DNA of 64,000 nt from an uncultured virus (IMG/VR IMGVR_UViG_3300027828_000003) (Duplodnaviria; Heunggongvirae; Uroviricota; Caudoviricetes), in the IMG/VR virus record IMGVR_UViG_3300027828_000003, one strand, 5' to 3'. The notes under the pieces are model-generated. The model saw only the letters and a list, made by a program, of their open reading frames with translations, did not search any database and was not told the DNA's origin. Position numbers and translations under genes: made by a program. Numbering within the stretch: the stretch's first letter is position 1; the number at the start of each line of letters is the position of its first letter. Shown piece by piece: positions 8,626-18,744 of this stretch.

Positions 8626-11127
8626 ATGTCGCACCCATTTCTGCCGAAGCGTTCGCCGATCGGCTCCAGGCTCGAGGACCGGCTCACGTCCCGTCTGACA
8701 CCGAAACTGGACTTCGGCGCCGAGGCGGCCGGTGTTTTCCGCAAGCCACCTTATGAAACCGGTCGCGTATCCCAATCGGCATGGTTTGACGGAACGGACG
8801 ACCGCCTATCCAAGACGTTCGCCAGCGCAGCCACTAACCTGAAAGAAGGCATCATATCCGCATGGGTGCTGCGGAACTCCTTCTCGAACACCTTCGACAT
8901 GATCATCGACGTCGACACGGCGGGCCGGGACTTCATCGGCTTCAACAGCAGCAACAAGTTGTGTGTGACTGTGAACGGCTCCAACTGGGTGTCGACGCCC
9001 GTGTTCAGAGACATCGGCTGGTACCACATGGTCGCCAGCTGGGATACTTCTCAAGGAACCGCGACTGACCGTCTCAGGGTCTGGGTGAACGGCTCCGAGA
9101 TAACCTCCTGGGACAGCCAGGGCACGATCACTTTGAACGGCAACTCCAAGTTCTTCGGCACCGCAGCGCACTACGTCGGTGGAGGGACCGCCGGCCAGCG
9201 GTTCCACGGATACGTCGCCCAGTTCACCGCTCTGAACGAGGTCTCCATTCAACAAGGCGACTACGCGATTACCGATTTTGGCTCTTTCTACTCCTTCAGC
9301 GCGAACGGGCAGGAATGGACGCCACTTACAGATGCTCAAGCTGAGGCTTTGGCAGCTGGCGTAGGAGGCAACGCCTTCTGCCTGACAAACGAGATCGGCG
9401 ACGGAGTAGATGCGAGCGGCAACGCGAACGGGTTCACCGCAACCAATATGTCCAGTTCTGCGAACGGGTCAGACAACACCCCTTCTCTCCAGTACCCGAT
9501 ATTGAATGTGCTTGATCGGTCGGACACCGGTCTGGCCACTTATGCGGGGGGCTTGGGGTTCACCTTGAGCAACGCAGCCGCAGGCTTCATGCGCACGACG
9601 ATGGGCATGTATGCGGGCAAGTTCTACTCGGAGCTTGAGATAGACGGCTTGCCGACTGCCAATTGGCACTGGGGCATCACAGACGCCGACGCCGTCTGCA
9701 ATACCTCCAATGGCCCCTCTGACGGCGGGGTCACGATAACACTGAACAGTTCCGGCACAGTAACTCTGTACCAAGGCGGCGCCAGCATCGGGACGCTGGA
9801 CACCGGAGTGACGGATGCCGCTCACACGTTCATGTGCGCCGTGGATATCGACAACGGTCGGATCTGGTTCGGCATGGACGGGACTTGGTACAGCAGCGGA
9901 GACCCGGCGGCGGGCACGAACGAGACGGACACATTCGCAACCGGGCTGACATACAAGTTTGTGGTTGGGCGTGAGAGTTCTAATGCCACCGTCGAGGAGC
10001 AGCGACTCGTCTTTTCTGATTTGTCGGAGACGGTGCCGTCGGGCTTTGAAAAGCTGAACAGCGCAACCGTGCTTACACCAGAACACCAAGGCTGTGACTG
10101 GTTCAACGGGGTCGGCCACACTGGCGATGCCACCACTTCACGATCTTTTACCGGCACAGGCTTCCAGCCTGATTGGGAATGGATCAAGGACCGATCTGGC
10201 CCTGGCTCTGGGAACTTGCTTTTCGACGTTCTGCGCGGCGCAGAGGAAGCTATTTTCTCCCAAACCACCACAGTAGAAACGAACCAGCCGACCAACGGCT
10301 ATCTGACTTCGTTTGACAGTGATGGCGCTTCTTACGCGAACGGCGGATCCGGAGACAATAACTACAACGACAATGCCAACACCTATATTCGGTGGTCTTG
10401 GAAGGCGGGCGGCGCCGGCGTTGCAAATACAGACGGCACAATCAGCAGCACCGTGTCTGTGTCAGCACCAAGGCACCTCTCAATCATCAGTTTCACGGGA
10501 ACAGGAGCTAATGCCACTGTCGGTCACGGCATGGGAGGATCCCCCGAGTTGATCCTGTTCAAGAACCTGGACAACGTGGACAACTGGGGCGTCTACGAAG
10601 GATTGGTCGACGGAGGTACACACTACCTGACCCTCGATACCTCTTCCGCAAACGTTGCGGACAGCACCTTCTTCAACAACACAAACGCCAACTCGACGGT
10701 GTTCAGTGTCGGCTCTCAGAACCGCACGAATGGCAGCGGCGACAGAATGATCGCCTACGCCTTCAGGTCAGTTGCAAATGTCTGCAAAGTGGGCAGCTAC
10801 ATAGGAAACGGCAGCACGGACGGCCCCTTTATTCACACGGGCTTCCGACCACGTTGGATACTGATCAAGAGGGTGATAGGAGGAACGTCCAACTGGATCA
10901 TCTTCGACACCGCCAGAAACAAGTTCAACTTGGTGGACGATTACTTGTACGCGAACCTTTCTAACGCTGAGACCGACGTAGGCACGCGCGAAATCGACAT
11001 CCTGGCAAGCGGCTTCAAGCTCCGCGGCATTGAGGATGAAGTAAACACCAGCGGTTCAAGCTACCTCTTCTTGGCTATGGCGGACGTCGCCGGTGGCGGA
11101 ATCGCACCACCGCTCCTGGCGGCCTAG
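8626..11127 (+). CDS. Tail fibre/adhesin with LamG (ConA-like) and SPRY-like domains
   Basis: FDGTDD..ISAWV..WYHMVASWD; GKFYSELE..AVDIDNGRIWFG; GFQPDW.WIK.R and GFRPRWILIK repeats. Confidence 0.75.
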   Translation: MSHPFLPKRSPIGSRLEDRLTSRLTPKLDFGAEAAGVFRKPPYETGRVSQSAWFDGTDDRLSKTFASAATNLKEGIISAWVLRNSFSNTFDMIIDVDTAGRDFIGFNSSNKLCVTVNGSNWVSTPVFRDIGWYHMVASWDTSQGTATDRLRVWVNGSEITSWDSQGTITLNGNSKFFGTAAHYVGGGTAGQRFHGYVAQFTALNEVSIQQGDYAITDFGSFYSFSANGQEWTPLTDAQAEALAAGVGGNAFCLTNEIGDGVDASGNANGFTATNMSSSANGSDNTPSLQYPILNVLDRSDTGLATYAGGLGFTLSNAAAGFMRTTMGMYAGKFYSELEIDGLPTANWHWGITDADAVCNTSNGPSDGGVTITLNSSGTVTLYQGGASIGTLDTGVTDAAHTFMCAVDIDNGRIWFGMDGTWYSSGDPAAGTNETDTFATGLTYKFVVGRESSNATVEEQRLVFSDLSETVPSGFEKLNSATVLTPEHQGCDWFNGVGHTGDATTSRSFTGTGFQPDWEWIKDRSGPGSGNLLFDVLRGAEEAIFSQTTTVETNQPTNGYLTSFDSDGASYANGGSGDNNYNDNANTYIRWSWKAGGAGVANTDGTISSTVSVSAPRHLSIISFTGTGANATVGHGMGGSPELILFKNLDNVDNWGVYEGLVDGGTHYLTLDTSSANVADSTFFNNTNANSTVFSVGSQNRTNGSGDRMIAYAFRSVANVCKVGSYIGNGSTDGPFIHTGFRPRWILIKRVIGGTSNWIIFDTARNKFNLVDDYLYANLSNAETDVGTREIDILASGFKLRGIEDEVNTSGSSYLFLAMADVAGGGIAPPLLAA

Positions 11128-11190
11128 AAACCGCGCGTCATCTAAACCCATCCACCCCTTTTCTCTCTTCAGAACACCAGGAGAAACGCC

Positions 11191-11856
11191 ATGGTGAACA
11201 AGATCGCTGTGACCAATCTGGCCGACGAAATCGTCGTTGGGCCGCGGAACGCATCCGGCACGCTGACCCTGCCGGCTGGCGCGGTAGTGCACCTCGGCCG
11301 CAATTTTCCGGTCACTGTCGTCGATAAGGACGCCACGACTTATGTGGTTCGCGAAGTGTCGATTATCCCTGCGTCGAAACAGACATTTCAGACCATCCAA
11401 ACCGGCGCTCCGTCGGTTTCCGGCAACGTGGTTGAGATCGTCGAGTCAGCTGTCGATATCCCGCTCGAAAACGCCCAGGCCCAGGCGCGCACGACCGTGA
11501 ACAACAAGCGGGTCGGAATTCTCGTCCAGAACGTGCTGGCGCCCTTCCCAGGCGGCGACGCGCCGGTGCAGGTCCGTGACGATCGCGACATCCAGAACAT
11601 TAACGGTGTCGCAACAGCCGCCTTGGCGGCCGTTCTGGCGTCGTCTGGAACCACTTTCAAGTTCCGCGATGCGAACGACGTCACCCACACCCTGACCGCT
11701 GCGGAAGCTATCACGATGGCAAGCACCGTCCTTTCCAAGCTGACCGCGGTCTACGACCACTCCTGGACCTTGAAAGACGATATCGAGAACGCGGCCGATC
11801 TGACGGCACTTCGCGCCATCGACCTCGAGACTGGGTGGCCCGACCCCGGCGCCTAA
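11191..11856 (+). CDS. DUF4376-like tail fibre-associated protein
   Basis: FRDANDVTHTLTAAE...LKDDIENAADL..L.AI..GWP; GGAG RBS. Confidence 0.65.
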   Translation: MVNKIAVTNLADEIVVGPRNASGTLTLPAGAVVHLGRNFPVTVVDKDATTYVVREVSIIPASKQTFQTIQTGAPSVSGNVVEIVESAVDIPLENAQAQARTTVNNKRVGILVQNVLAPFPGGDAPVQVRDDRDIQNINGVATAALAAVLASSGTTFKFRDANDVTHTLTAAEAITMASTVLSKLTAVYDHSWTLKDDIENAADLTALRAIDLETGWPDPGA

Positions 11857-11878
11857 TTTAGCCCCACATATTCACCCC

Positions 11879-11910
11879 GAGAGCCCGCCGTTTGGCGGGT
11901 TCTCTTGTTT
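11879..11910 (+). terminator. Probable intrinsic terminator between tail and lysis genes
   Basis: GAGAGCCCGCC GTTT GGCGGGTTCTC followed by TTGTTT. Confidence 0.55.
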
Positions 11911-11924
11911 ATGGAGATAGAGCT

Positions 11925-12740
11925 ATGGAAGACCTTTCAGCTACAGGAATTGTCATTTTCTCTTTTGCCCTGAAACTTGTTGGTTTCGTCGTCGCCGCCG
12001 TGTTGGTCGTCGCCGTGTCCCGAATCCTGGACAAGAAGACCGGCTTCCCCTTCTCACACATCGCCGGCCTAATCCGGCAGGAATCCAGATCGACCGCTCT
12101 CTACTATGGTCTTCGGATCCTCGCGCTCTGCATCTTGGCTGCGGCTATCCTCGGCTGCGAGCAAGCACAAGAAACGGTCTCTGAGGCTCCTGCAGTTGAG
12201 GTGGAAGCGGCCGCGGTCCCGGCTACCAGCAAATCGTCGATCTTCACCGACGAGTACGATCTGGTCATCGCAGACGCGGTTGGGACCTGGTGGCCAGACT
12301 ATCCCTACAAGAACGCGTGGAAGGCGCAGCTCTACCAGGAGAGCCGTTTGGATCCAGACGCAGTGTCACCGGTCGGCGCACGAGGGCTGGCGCAGTTCAT
12401 GCCCGGTACCTGGCGCGAAGTCGGCGCGAAGCTCGGATACGACGCTCTCAGTCCGCATATGGTCGAACCGGCTATCATGGCAGGCGCCTACTACATGCGG
12501 CAGCTTCGGAAACAATGGTCTGCACCACGACCGCAGGATCAGCGTCACATGCTGGCGCAGGCTTCCTATAACGCCGGATTGGGCAACATCCTGGCCGCGC
12601 AGAAGCAATGCGGCGGGCCCAATCTCTATCCCGAGATTATCGCCTGTCTGCCGGACGTAACCGGGCGGCATTCCGAAGAAACGATCATCTACGTCCAGCG
12701 CATCAAGAAATGGTGGACCATGATGGAGGTGACGTCATGA
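11925..12740 (+). CDS. Endolysin (SLT lytic transglycosylase) with N-terminal membrane segments
   Basis: QES..PDAVSPVGARGLAQFMPGTW, ASYNAGLGN, ET..YV; two hydrophobic helices and ILG-C at N-terminus. Confidence 0.88.
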   Translation: MEDLSATGIVIFSFALKLVGFVVAAVLVVAVSRILDKKTGFPFSHIAGLIRQESRSTALYYGLRILALCILAAAILGCEQAQETVSEAPAVEVEAAAVPATSKSSIFTDEYDLVIADAVGTWWPDYPYKNAWKAQLYQESRLDPDAVSPVGARGLAQFMPGTWREVGAKLGYDALSPHMVEPAIMAGAYYMRQLRKQWSAPRPQDQRHMLAQASYNAGLGNILAAQKQCGGPNLYPEIIACLPDVTGRHSEETIIYVQRIKKWWTMMEVTS

Positions 12741-13033
12741 ACATCGTCAAAGGAAAGCTGGTCGACTCGCTATTCACCAGAACGCCGGATCCAGGAGATT
12801 TCCAGTTCTACAAGGAGTCGGCGACGAGTGATGCCATCGGCGGCATGATGTTCTCTTGCCCGTGCGGCTGTGGTGCCGTCATTGGCGTCAATCTTTCGCC
12901 CAATACCGGCAACGGTCCTCCGTGGAACTGGGACGGCAACAAAGAGGCCCCGACGATCACCCCCAGCGTTCGTCACCTTGACGGATGCAAATGGCAAGGA
13001 TGGATCAAAAACGGGGAGTTTCACACATGCTGA
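12737..13033 (+). CDS. DUF6527-like small Zn-binding protein
   Basis: CPCGCG..W.WDG...PTITPSV...C.W.GWI.NG; GGAGG RBS; ATGA overlap with endolysin. Confidence 0.65.
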   Translation: MNIVKGKLVDSLFTRTPDPGDFQFYKESATSDAIGGMMFSCPCGCGAVIGVNLSPNTGNGPPWNWDGNKEAPTITPSVRHLDGCKWQGWIKNGEFHTC

Positions 13034-13641
13034 CTTCGGCGCTCGGCTTTCTGGGATTTGTTACATCCAGCAAAGGCAAGACCATCGCGATCGTCATCGC
13101 GGTCGTCGTGGGCGTCTTTGGGCTATGGCTCTACATAAACGGTCTGAACGCCGATATCGAAACACTAAAAGCGCAGAAGGCCATTGCCCAAAAGAACCTG
13201 GCGATTGCCTCCGAAGTCGCGCGTCGAAACGCAGAGTCGGCTCAAAGACTGCTCGAGGACGCCAAGCGGCGCGAGGCTGCACTGATGCGCGAACGAGACG
13301 CCTACGCTGCCCGGGCGGCACACCTTCATTCCATGATTGGGGAGATCAAAAATGCGCCAGAAGTCGAAAACGGTCCTGTCGCTCCTGTCTTGCGCGATAC
13401 TCTTGACCGGTTGCGGCACCTCATTGATCCCGCCGCCGGAGGTGATCACGGAGATCAAGGTGGAGAAGACAAAGGTCCCAGAGAGCCTGCTAACGTGCCC
13501 GTCCGCCCCGGCGCCGCCGGCCGCAAACAGCCAGCGCGACGTTGCGCTGTACATTCTCGATCTTTGGGATGCGGGGGAAGAATGCAGGACCAAGTTGCAG
13601 GAAGTCAGAAACCTCGTCGAGGCAGACACCGAAAACGGTGA
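13027..13641 (+). CDS. Inner-membrane spanin (Rz-like)
   Basis: N-terminal TM helix plus coiled coil in lysis cassette; overlaps a lipoprotein gene. Confidence 0.75.
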   Translation: MLTSALGFLGFVTSSKGKTIAIVIAVVVGVFGLWLYINGLNADIETLKAQKAIAQKNLAIASEVARRNAESAQRLLEDAKRREAALMRERDAYAARAAHLHSMIGEIKNAPEVENGPVAPVLRDTLDRLRHLIDPAAGGDHGDQGGEDKGPREPANVPVRPGAAGRKQPARRCAVHSRSLGCGGRMQDQVAGSQKPRRGRHRKR

Positions 13642-13645
13642 CTAG
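13352..13645 (+). CDS. Outer-membrane spanin lipoprotein (Rz1-like)
   Basis: Lipobox LLTG-C, Pro-rich VPESLLTC..P; nested in alternative frame of Rz. Confidence 0.8.
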   Translation: MRQKSKTVLSLLSCAILLTGCGTSLIPPPEVITEIKVEKTKVPESLLTCPSAPAPPAANSQRDVALYILDLWDAGEECRTKLQEVRNLVEADTENGD

Positions 13646-14217
13646 CTCTCGCCGCGGCGCCACCCTTCGCAACTGTATGTCCCTGGCACGCCGCAGCACT
13701 GTTCTCGCGGCAGCCCTGCCTTCGCGTGCGGACATCGGCTTGTGTCACCGTCCTGCCTCAATTCCGAAAAGCCAGCGCTTGGTGCGTCGCCCATCACCAG
13801 CGAGACAATATCGTCGATATCCAGCTTCTTGACGTCGATTGCGATGACAGCGCCAGCGTCGAGCGATTGGCCAGCGAGATAGCGGATGTAGGTTTCCGTC
13901 CCTAGATCCTGGGCCATCGACACGTTCTGGAACGTCTCCCCACGAGCCGCAGCTATAGACCGAATTCTGCGAATTTCTGTCTCGATCGTGGACTGCCGCA
14001 AGACTACGTCTATGCGACCATAGTCCTCCCGTCCAGATACCTTAACGATACCGGGCTGGCGCTTGAACGGCGTCGTTCCATGCAGCAACACGACGTCTGG
14101 CGCACGTTCAAAACGAGCATTTAAGACTTTGATTTCGTCCTGTTCGCCAGTCCGGTACCTGATAAGGGCAAAGGCGTCTAAGACGCTTTTACAAGAGTTT
14201 GGTTCATCATACTGCAT
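13642..14217 (-). CDS. Hypothetical protein (start uncertain)
   Basis: Open frame convergent on lysis cassette; ATG at 14217 chosen. Confidence 0.45.
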   Translation of the reverse strand: MQYDEPNSCKSVLDAFALIRYRTGEQDEIKVLNARFERAPDVVLLHGTTPFKRQPGIVKVSGREDYGRIDVVLRQSTIETEIRRIRSIAAARGETFQNVSMAQDLGTETYIRYLAGQSLDAGAVIAIDVKKLDIDDIVSLVMGDAPSAGFSELRQDGDTSRCPHAKAGLPREQCCGVPGTYSCEGWRRGES

Positions 14218-14433
14218 TGCTACTTTGTCGGGTGTATAACTCAACGTCGAAAAGCAAATGTACACTTGCAAACCGCGTTGGTGACAGCCGCCTCCCGCAA
14301 CTACCCACGATGTGATTTTCCGAACATCGTAGTTTGATATTACGAATTTCACAAACGAATAATTGCAATATTACATCCATTTCGTGTATAATGGATTGTT
14401 TGGAACCGTCTTATATGTACAGAAAGGACTATA

Positions 14434-14895
14434 ATGGGAAACGTGCAAAAAGATATCCACAATTGTGGATGCAACCTCATTCAAGGAATTGGCGATAGAC
14501 TACGCAAGGTGGAGAAGGACCACTTCAAAAATCGTCAAGAGATGGCGGACTTCTGTGGCCGTTCAAAATCCACGGTCCATGCGTGGATGAACGGAACCGA
14601 TGCATCGCTCTCTGCGATCGCCTACCTTTGTCAAAAGAAAGGAATAGATCTGAATTGGCTTGTCTATGGCCTGCCGGCTGTTCCGCATGCTGACGCGGAT
14701 GCCGGTATTGATGTTGCGTTGCTCGAAACTGTGATCCGGGAGCTTACCATCCGTCTGGCCAAGAACGGCATCCAGGTGAATGGTGACAAACTGCCAACCT
14801 TAATAGCTCTTTGCTATGAATTTTTCCGCCGATCCGGAAATGATAGACCGACCAAGGAGGCTGACGCCTTCATGGAAATGCTACTGAGGGTTTGA
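14434..14895 (+). CDS. XRE-family HTH regulator
   Basis: QEMADFCGRSKSTVHAWMNG..IDLNWLVYG; AAGGA RBS. Confidence 0.75.
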   Translation: MGNVQKDIHNCGCNLIQGIGDRLRKVEKDHFKNRQEMADFCGRSKSTVHAWMNGTDASLSAIAYLCQKKGIDLNWLVYGLPAVPHADADAGIDVALLETVIRELTIRLAKNGIQVNGDKLPTLIALCYEFFRRSGNDRPTKEADAFMEMLLRV

Positions 14896-14896
14896 C

Positions 14897-15136
14897 ATGG
14901 ATCATAGACCGGAAAAGATCGCATCAGAAATCCAGGCAATCATTCAAGACGCCATAGACGCACAGGGCGGGTTTCGAACAATGACCCCTGAACTTCGAAC
15001 GGTTATTGAAGAGACCGTTCGGCAACAGTTAAGGTTCGAGCCGAGCAGCGATCGAATGATGGTGCCTATCGAAGAGATACTGGATGTCATTCAAACGGTA
15101 TTGAACCTAGTCGCCAGGACGGAGGGTTCATCATGA
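14897..15136 (+). CDS. Hypothetical protein
   Basis: Coupled ORF in small operon. Confidence 0.5.
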   Translation: MDHRPEKIASEIQAIIQDAIDAQGGFRTMTPELRTVIEETVRQQLRFEPSSDRMMVPIEEILDVIQTVLNLVARTEGSS

Positions 15137-15615
15137 AGTTTGAGCGTGTTCCACTGTCTCGGTTGATCGAGGTCGACAGCAGCTATGCCAAATTTTTCTC
15201 TGACCCAGGAAGCCGGTTCGACAAAACGGGTCTGCTCAGGCAGATGCAGTTCTTCGCCCCCCAGCCGGACGGTACGGCGCCATACATCTTTTGCGGAGAC
15301 AAATCTACTACCGCATTGCTCTACAGCAGGGTGTTCGCCCGTTCGGTAATTGGGAAATCTGCCCTCCCGAGTGTCGATGCGGAATTTCTTGATTTCGTTG
15401 ATCGGGATTTTCGGAACGTAGCTGAAAAACAGCAAATGTCGACTGGTAGGGTCGAATTGGATATCGATGCGCCAGAAGACAAGCCGATCCGGATCAAGTT
15501 TTGGAGGTTGGTTTTCCCATTCGACACCGGACGTGGGACCGCGGTCGGTGCACTGACTAGGTTTTGCGAGGATGGTATGCCCGAAGCATACGATTTAGTT
15601 CACCGGCAGACATAA
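15133..15615 (+). CDS. Hypothetical protein, possibly PAS-like
   Basis: GGAGG RBS, ATGA overlap; C-terminal FWRLVFPF resembles PAS_5-type proteins. Confidence 0.45.
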   Translation: MKFERVPLSRLIEVDSSYAKFFSDPGSRFDKTGLLRQMQFFAPQPDGTAPYIFCGDKSTTALLYSRVFARSVIGKSALPSVDAEFLDFVDRDFRNVAEKQQMSTGRVELDIDAPEDKPIRIKFWRLVFPFDTGRGTAVGALTRFCEDGMPEAYDLVHRQT

Positions 15616-16237
15616 AACCGACGAAGTCGTCATTGTCGAGGAAAGGTGAGCCCCACTGCCATTCGTCGAACAGCGGCTGCCAGTTCAGATAACCTTCTCT
15701 GATGCCGAAGCCCGATAGAAGGACCGGCTTTACCTGAAGGCCGTAGACCCAGTCCAACCGCCATCGAATAGCCGCACATGCCATGGCATATCGTGCAGCG
15801 ACCGCGGCAACGCCGCCGCCCCTGAACCCCTCCTGAACGAACAGGTCGCCGTGATAAGCTACGACGCCAGATATCTCGTCAAGAATGGGTGTTTGGTTCT
15901 CGATCGTGATGGCTGAAATATCGTTCCCATACCATCGTGCGAGTTGGATCTTCCAGAGATCCCGTAAAGACGAGCTCCCAAGGTCGTCCACGCGGATTGC
16001 TTGGGTAATCACGATTTTCTGACTATCTACTGACTTTGCGCCTATCCAAAATCCGCTGTGCGGCAGAAAATCGTTTAGTGTTGAATCGAAGAAGGCACTT
16101 GCTTTCGGCCAACCATCTCCTGACCGCAGTTCGTTATACGCTTTGAAGTCGGTGCTGATGAAAACTGAGAGCCCGCTTTCCCTCAATTCTTCTTCGCAGA
16201 TTGTGATTGCACGGGCTGCTGAAAGCCAAAGCTCCAA
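15557..16237 (-). CDS. GNAT/acyltransferase-fold protein
   Basis: YHGDLFVQEGFRGGG resembles GNAT acyl-CoA binding motif A. Confidence 0.5.
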   Translation of the reverse strand: MELWLSAARAITICEEELRESGLSVFISTDFKAYNELRSGDGWPKASAFFDSTLNDFLPHSGFWIGAKSVDSQKIVITQAIRVDDLGSSSLRDLWKIQLARWYGNDISAITIENQTPILDEISGVVAYHGDLFVQEGFRGGGVAAVAARYAMACAAIRWRLDWVYGLQVKPVLLSGFGIREGYLNWQPLFDEWQWGSPFLDNDDFVGFMSAGELNRMLRAYHPRKT

Positions 16238-16300
16238 AGGATCCCCCCAATTTCCAATACCAATAGTTGAATATTATATATTCACTGCTACGCAACTTTT

Positions 16301-17485
16301 TCACTTTTTCGACTGGTCTTCACCGGATATCCAGTTAGAAATCTCCTTGTGAACAGCATTCCCGACGTCACGATGCGTCGTTTGTTCCAGATGAGCATAG
16401 CGCTTCGTTGACAACGGTGATGAATGGCCGAGCAGTTTACCTATCGCCAGCAGTGACAAACCCCCAGACAACCCCATAGACGCGAAACTGTGGCGAAGAT
16501 CGTGTCGGCGAAGGTCCGAAACGCCTACGGACGTCAACAATCTCTTCCAAAGTTTACCGGCATTGACCAGATGCCGGGCTCGTCTTCGCCCGACGATGAG
16601 ATATGGATTACCATCGACAGACGGAAGTTGATTGATGATCTCCAACGCCAGGTCGTTGAGATGGATCTTCCGGGCACCAGACTTGCTATCATCGAGGTAT
16701 AGGAAGTCTTTCACGATCCATTCGCGCTTCGCTGTTATTATCTCGCTGATCCGCGCGCCGGTCAGGATCAACAACATGACCAATCCGGCGAAGGACCTAT
16801 CCGTTATCGCATCGGACTTCCAGAACGGTTCAAGACCTTCCACGATCTTTTGAAGCTCCGGCCTGGACAGGTAACGCTGTCGCTCGACTTCCTTGAATTT
16901 GTCGACCCCTTTGACTGGGTTAGAGTTTTTCGGCCGCCATTTCCACGACCTCTTTTCACACAGGGCAAAAGCCTTCGACAATAGGGACAAAACGCGGTTC
17001 GCTTGCGTCGGTGTTCCTTTCATTTTCTCTTTCAGGTCCTCGATGTCGTCCGAGGTGATTTCGACAACCTTTTTCTTGATGCCCAAGCGAGGGAGGACAC
17101 ATTGCTTCCACAGCCGTTCATCCTCTTTCCGGGACCGCTCCTTCTTGTTTGGGGCATGTCGCGCCATGTACTCCCTGTATAGGTCATCTATGGTCGGACT
17201 GTTCTTGACTCGCCTGCCGGCGGTCGGATCCTCCCCCTTCGCTGCTTTGTAGGACCAATCCTGGGCGATCTCTCTGGCTTGATCACACGTCATTTGCTGA
17301 CTGTGAACGCCGATCTTCGGCTTGCGATCCGTTCCGTGCTTGTCTCGATATCGAAAGAGATACGTCCGCCGGCCGGACGGCATAATCCGAACGCCGAAAC
17401 CAGCGATCTGGGTGTCCCAGACGATGTATTCCCGCTGACGAGGCTCCAAGGCCTCGACCACACGCTTCGTCAGTTTTGTCGCCAT
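16301..17485 (-). CDS. int: Tyrosine recombinase/integrase with arm-binding domain
   Basis: N-terminal WD...GFGVR..PSG; catalytic TGARISE, HDLRH, LLGH, RYAH. Confidence 0.95.
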   Translation of the reverse strand: MATKLTKRVVEALEPRQREYIVWDTQIAGFGVRIMPSGRRTYLFRYRDKHGTDRKPKIGVHSQQMTCDQAREIAQDWSYKAAKGEDPTAGRRVKNSPTIDDLYREYMARHAPNKKERSRKEDERLWKQCVLPRLGIKKKVVEITSDDIEDLKEKMKGTPTQANRVLSLLSKAFALCEKRSWKWRPKNSNPVKGVDKFKEVERQRYLSRPELQKIVEGLEPFWKSDAITDRSFAGLVMLLILTGARISEIITAKREWIVKDFLYLDDSKSGARKIHLNDLALEIINQLPSVDGNPYLIVGRRRARHLVNAGKLWKRLLTSVGVSDLRRHDLRHSFASMGLSGGLSLLAIGKLLGHSSPLSTKRYAHLEQTTHRDVGNAVHKEISNWISGEDQSKK

Positions 17486-17495
17486 GTTCGGAGCG

Positions 17496-18221
17496 TCAGG
17501 CGGCGCGCGGCATGTCGTTGATATTCATGTGATGGACCTGGAACTTGACCACCATCACCCACGGGTTTTTGTCCCAACTGAAGCCGCGGTCTGCGTTCAA
17601 TCGGTCCCAAAGGTCTTTGTAAGCGTCGACCGCATACTCGAAACCCGATTCCAGATCATCATGAGTACCGGGAACGCGAAAAAGGTATTCGGTGATATCC
17701 ATCGGCTGACCCGTTCCAGGATGCGGCCTAATGTCGACGATCTCCCGATCCTGGACGACTCCTTCTGCAATGGCGCCGGCTTCGGTGATCTCCTGCAGTT
17801 GTTCGATAGAGACGTCCACAACTGTGAGGGTGAGACGGCTCGCCCAACGAGGCATGAACATTCCAGGCCGCGGCCGTCCGGGCAGCTCGTCCTTCTCGTT
17901 CGCATAGAAAATCGTTGTCTGCGGCAATGAACACGGCTTGTAGGAGTCGAACCGTGCGTCGACCGCCCAAGCCTCTCTCACGCAGATGCGATCACCGACC
18001 TGGATCGGCATGGCCCTGACCCACGCCTTCATGATTCCACGGACATTCACCGTATGGAAGTAATCGGCGCCAGCCCCATTGTCGTACCTCCTATGCGACC
18101 AATGCCACGCACCACTTATCAAGTTTGGCTGCGGCTTGATCAATCGGCGTGTTTCCCACTTCATTCCGGCCAACATCTGGCTGACCATAGACCCGCTGAA
18201 AAGCATGAACCTATCCGTCAT
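17496..18221 (-). CDS. Conserved phage protein (ASCH/PUA-like)
   Basis: K.ETRR, GDR..VREAW, MPRWASRLTL.V, W..NPWV.V. Confidence 0.7.
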   Translation of the reverse strand: MTDRFMLFSGSMVSQMLAGMKWETRRLIKPQPNLISGAWHWSHRRYDNGAGADYFHTVNVRGIMKAWVRAMPIQVGDRICVREAWAVDARFDSYKPCSLPQTTIFYANEKDELPGRPRPGMFMPRWASRLTLTVVDVSIEQLQEITEAGAIAEGVVQDREIVDIRPHPGTGQPMDITEYLFRVPGTHDDLESGFEYAVDAYKDLWDRLNADRGFSWDKNPWVMVVKFQVHHMNINDMPRAA

Positions 18222-18744
18222 CGGTTCGTCCCTTCTTTTTGTAGTGTTCATCTCTGTATCGAAACTTCTCCGACACGCTCATGTTGGCCACTGCTTCGTT
18301 GCAGAACTGATGGGCCAGGACCAAATTGGCGATGTGACTTGTTCCGCCGTTCGACCGCTCGAAGACGTGATCCACCGTCATCCGCAACGGATCGTTCCCT
18401 TCGTGATCCGTGTGAGGGAACCCGCCGCCGCAGTAGAAGCACTCGCGGCCGTCACGCTCGATCAACGTCGCGATCTTGTTCGGGGTCGTCTGTTGCCGCT
18501 TTTTCAGCTTGGGAGCGAATGAGGGGCGCCGGCTCTGCTTGTAGCCCAGATAGGCGATCCGCATGCCTTTGTTGACCGCATAAATCCGCTTCGTGTCGCT
18601 CGGGGAGTGCATCGCTATGCCGACAACATTTCCCCAGTTGAACCGGATCACTTCATGCTGTTGAATCGGCACAACCAGTTCGGCGCCGTTGGCCGAAAGC
18701 CATTGTTTGAACGGGTCCAGTTTGTCGATGCGAGCTCCGATCAT
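18211..18744 (-). CDS. HNH endonuclease domain protein
   Basis: RDG..CFYCG..TVDHV..S.GG....NLVLAH..CN. Confidence 0.85.
   Translation of the reverse strand: MIGARIDKLDPFKQWLSANGAELVVPIQQHEVIRFNWGNVVGIAMHSPSDTKRIYAVNKGMRIAYLGYKQSRRPSFAPKLKKRQQTTPNKIATLIERDGRECFYCGGGFPHTDHEGNDPLRMTVDHVFERSNGGTSHIANLVLAHQFCNEAVANMSVSEKFRYRDEHYKKKGRTDDG

Noticed and set aside
8626..11127. Diversity-generating retroelement target, or retrozyme/retroelement origin for the ribozymes
   Set aside because: No reverse transcriptase or template repeat is visible in the window.
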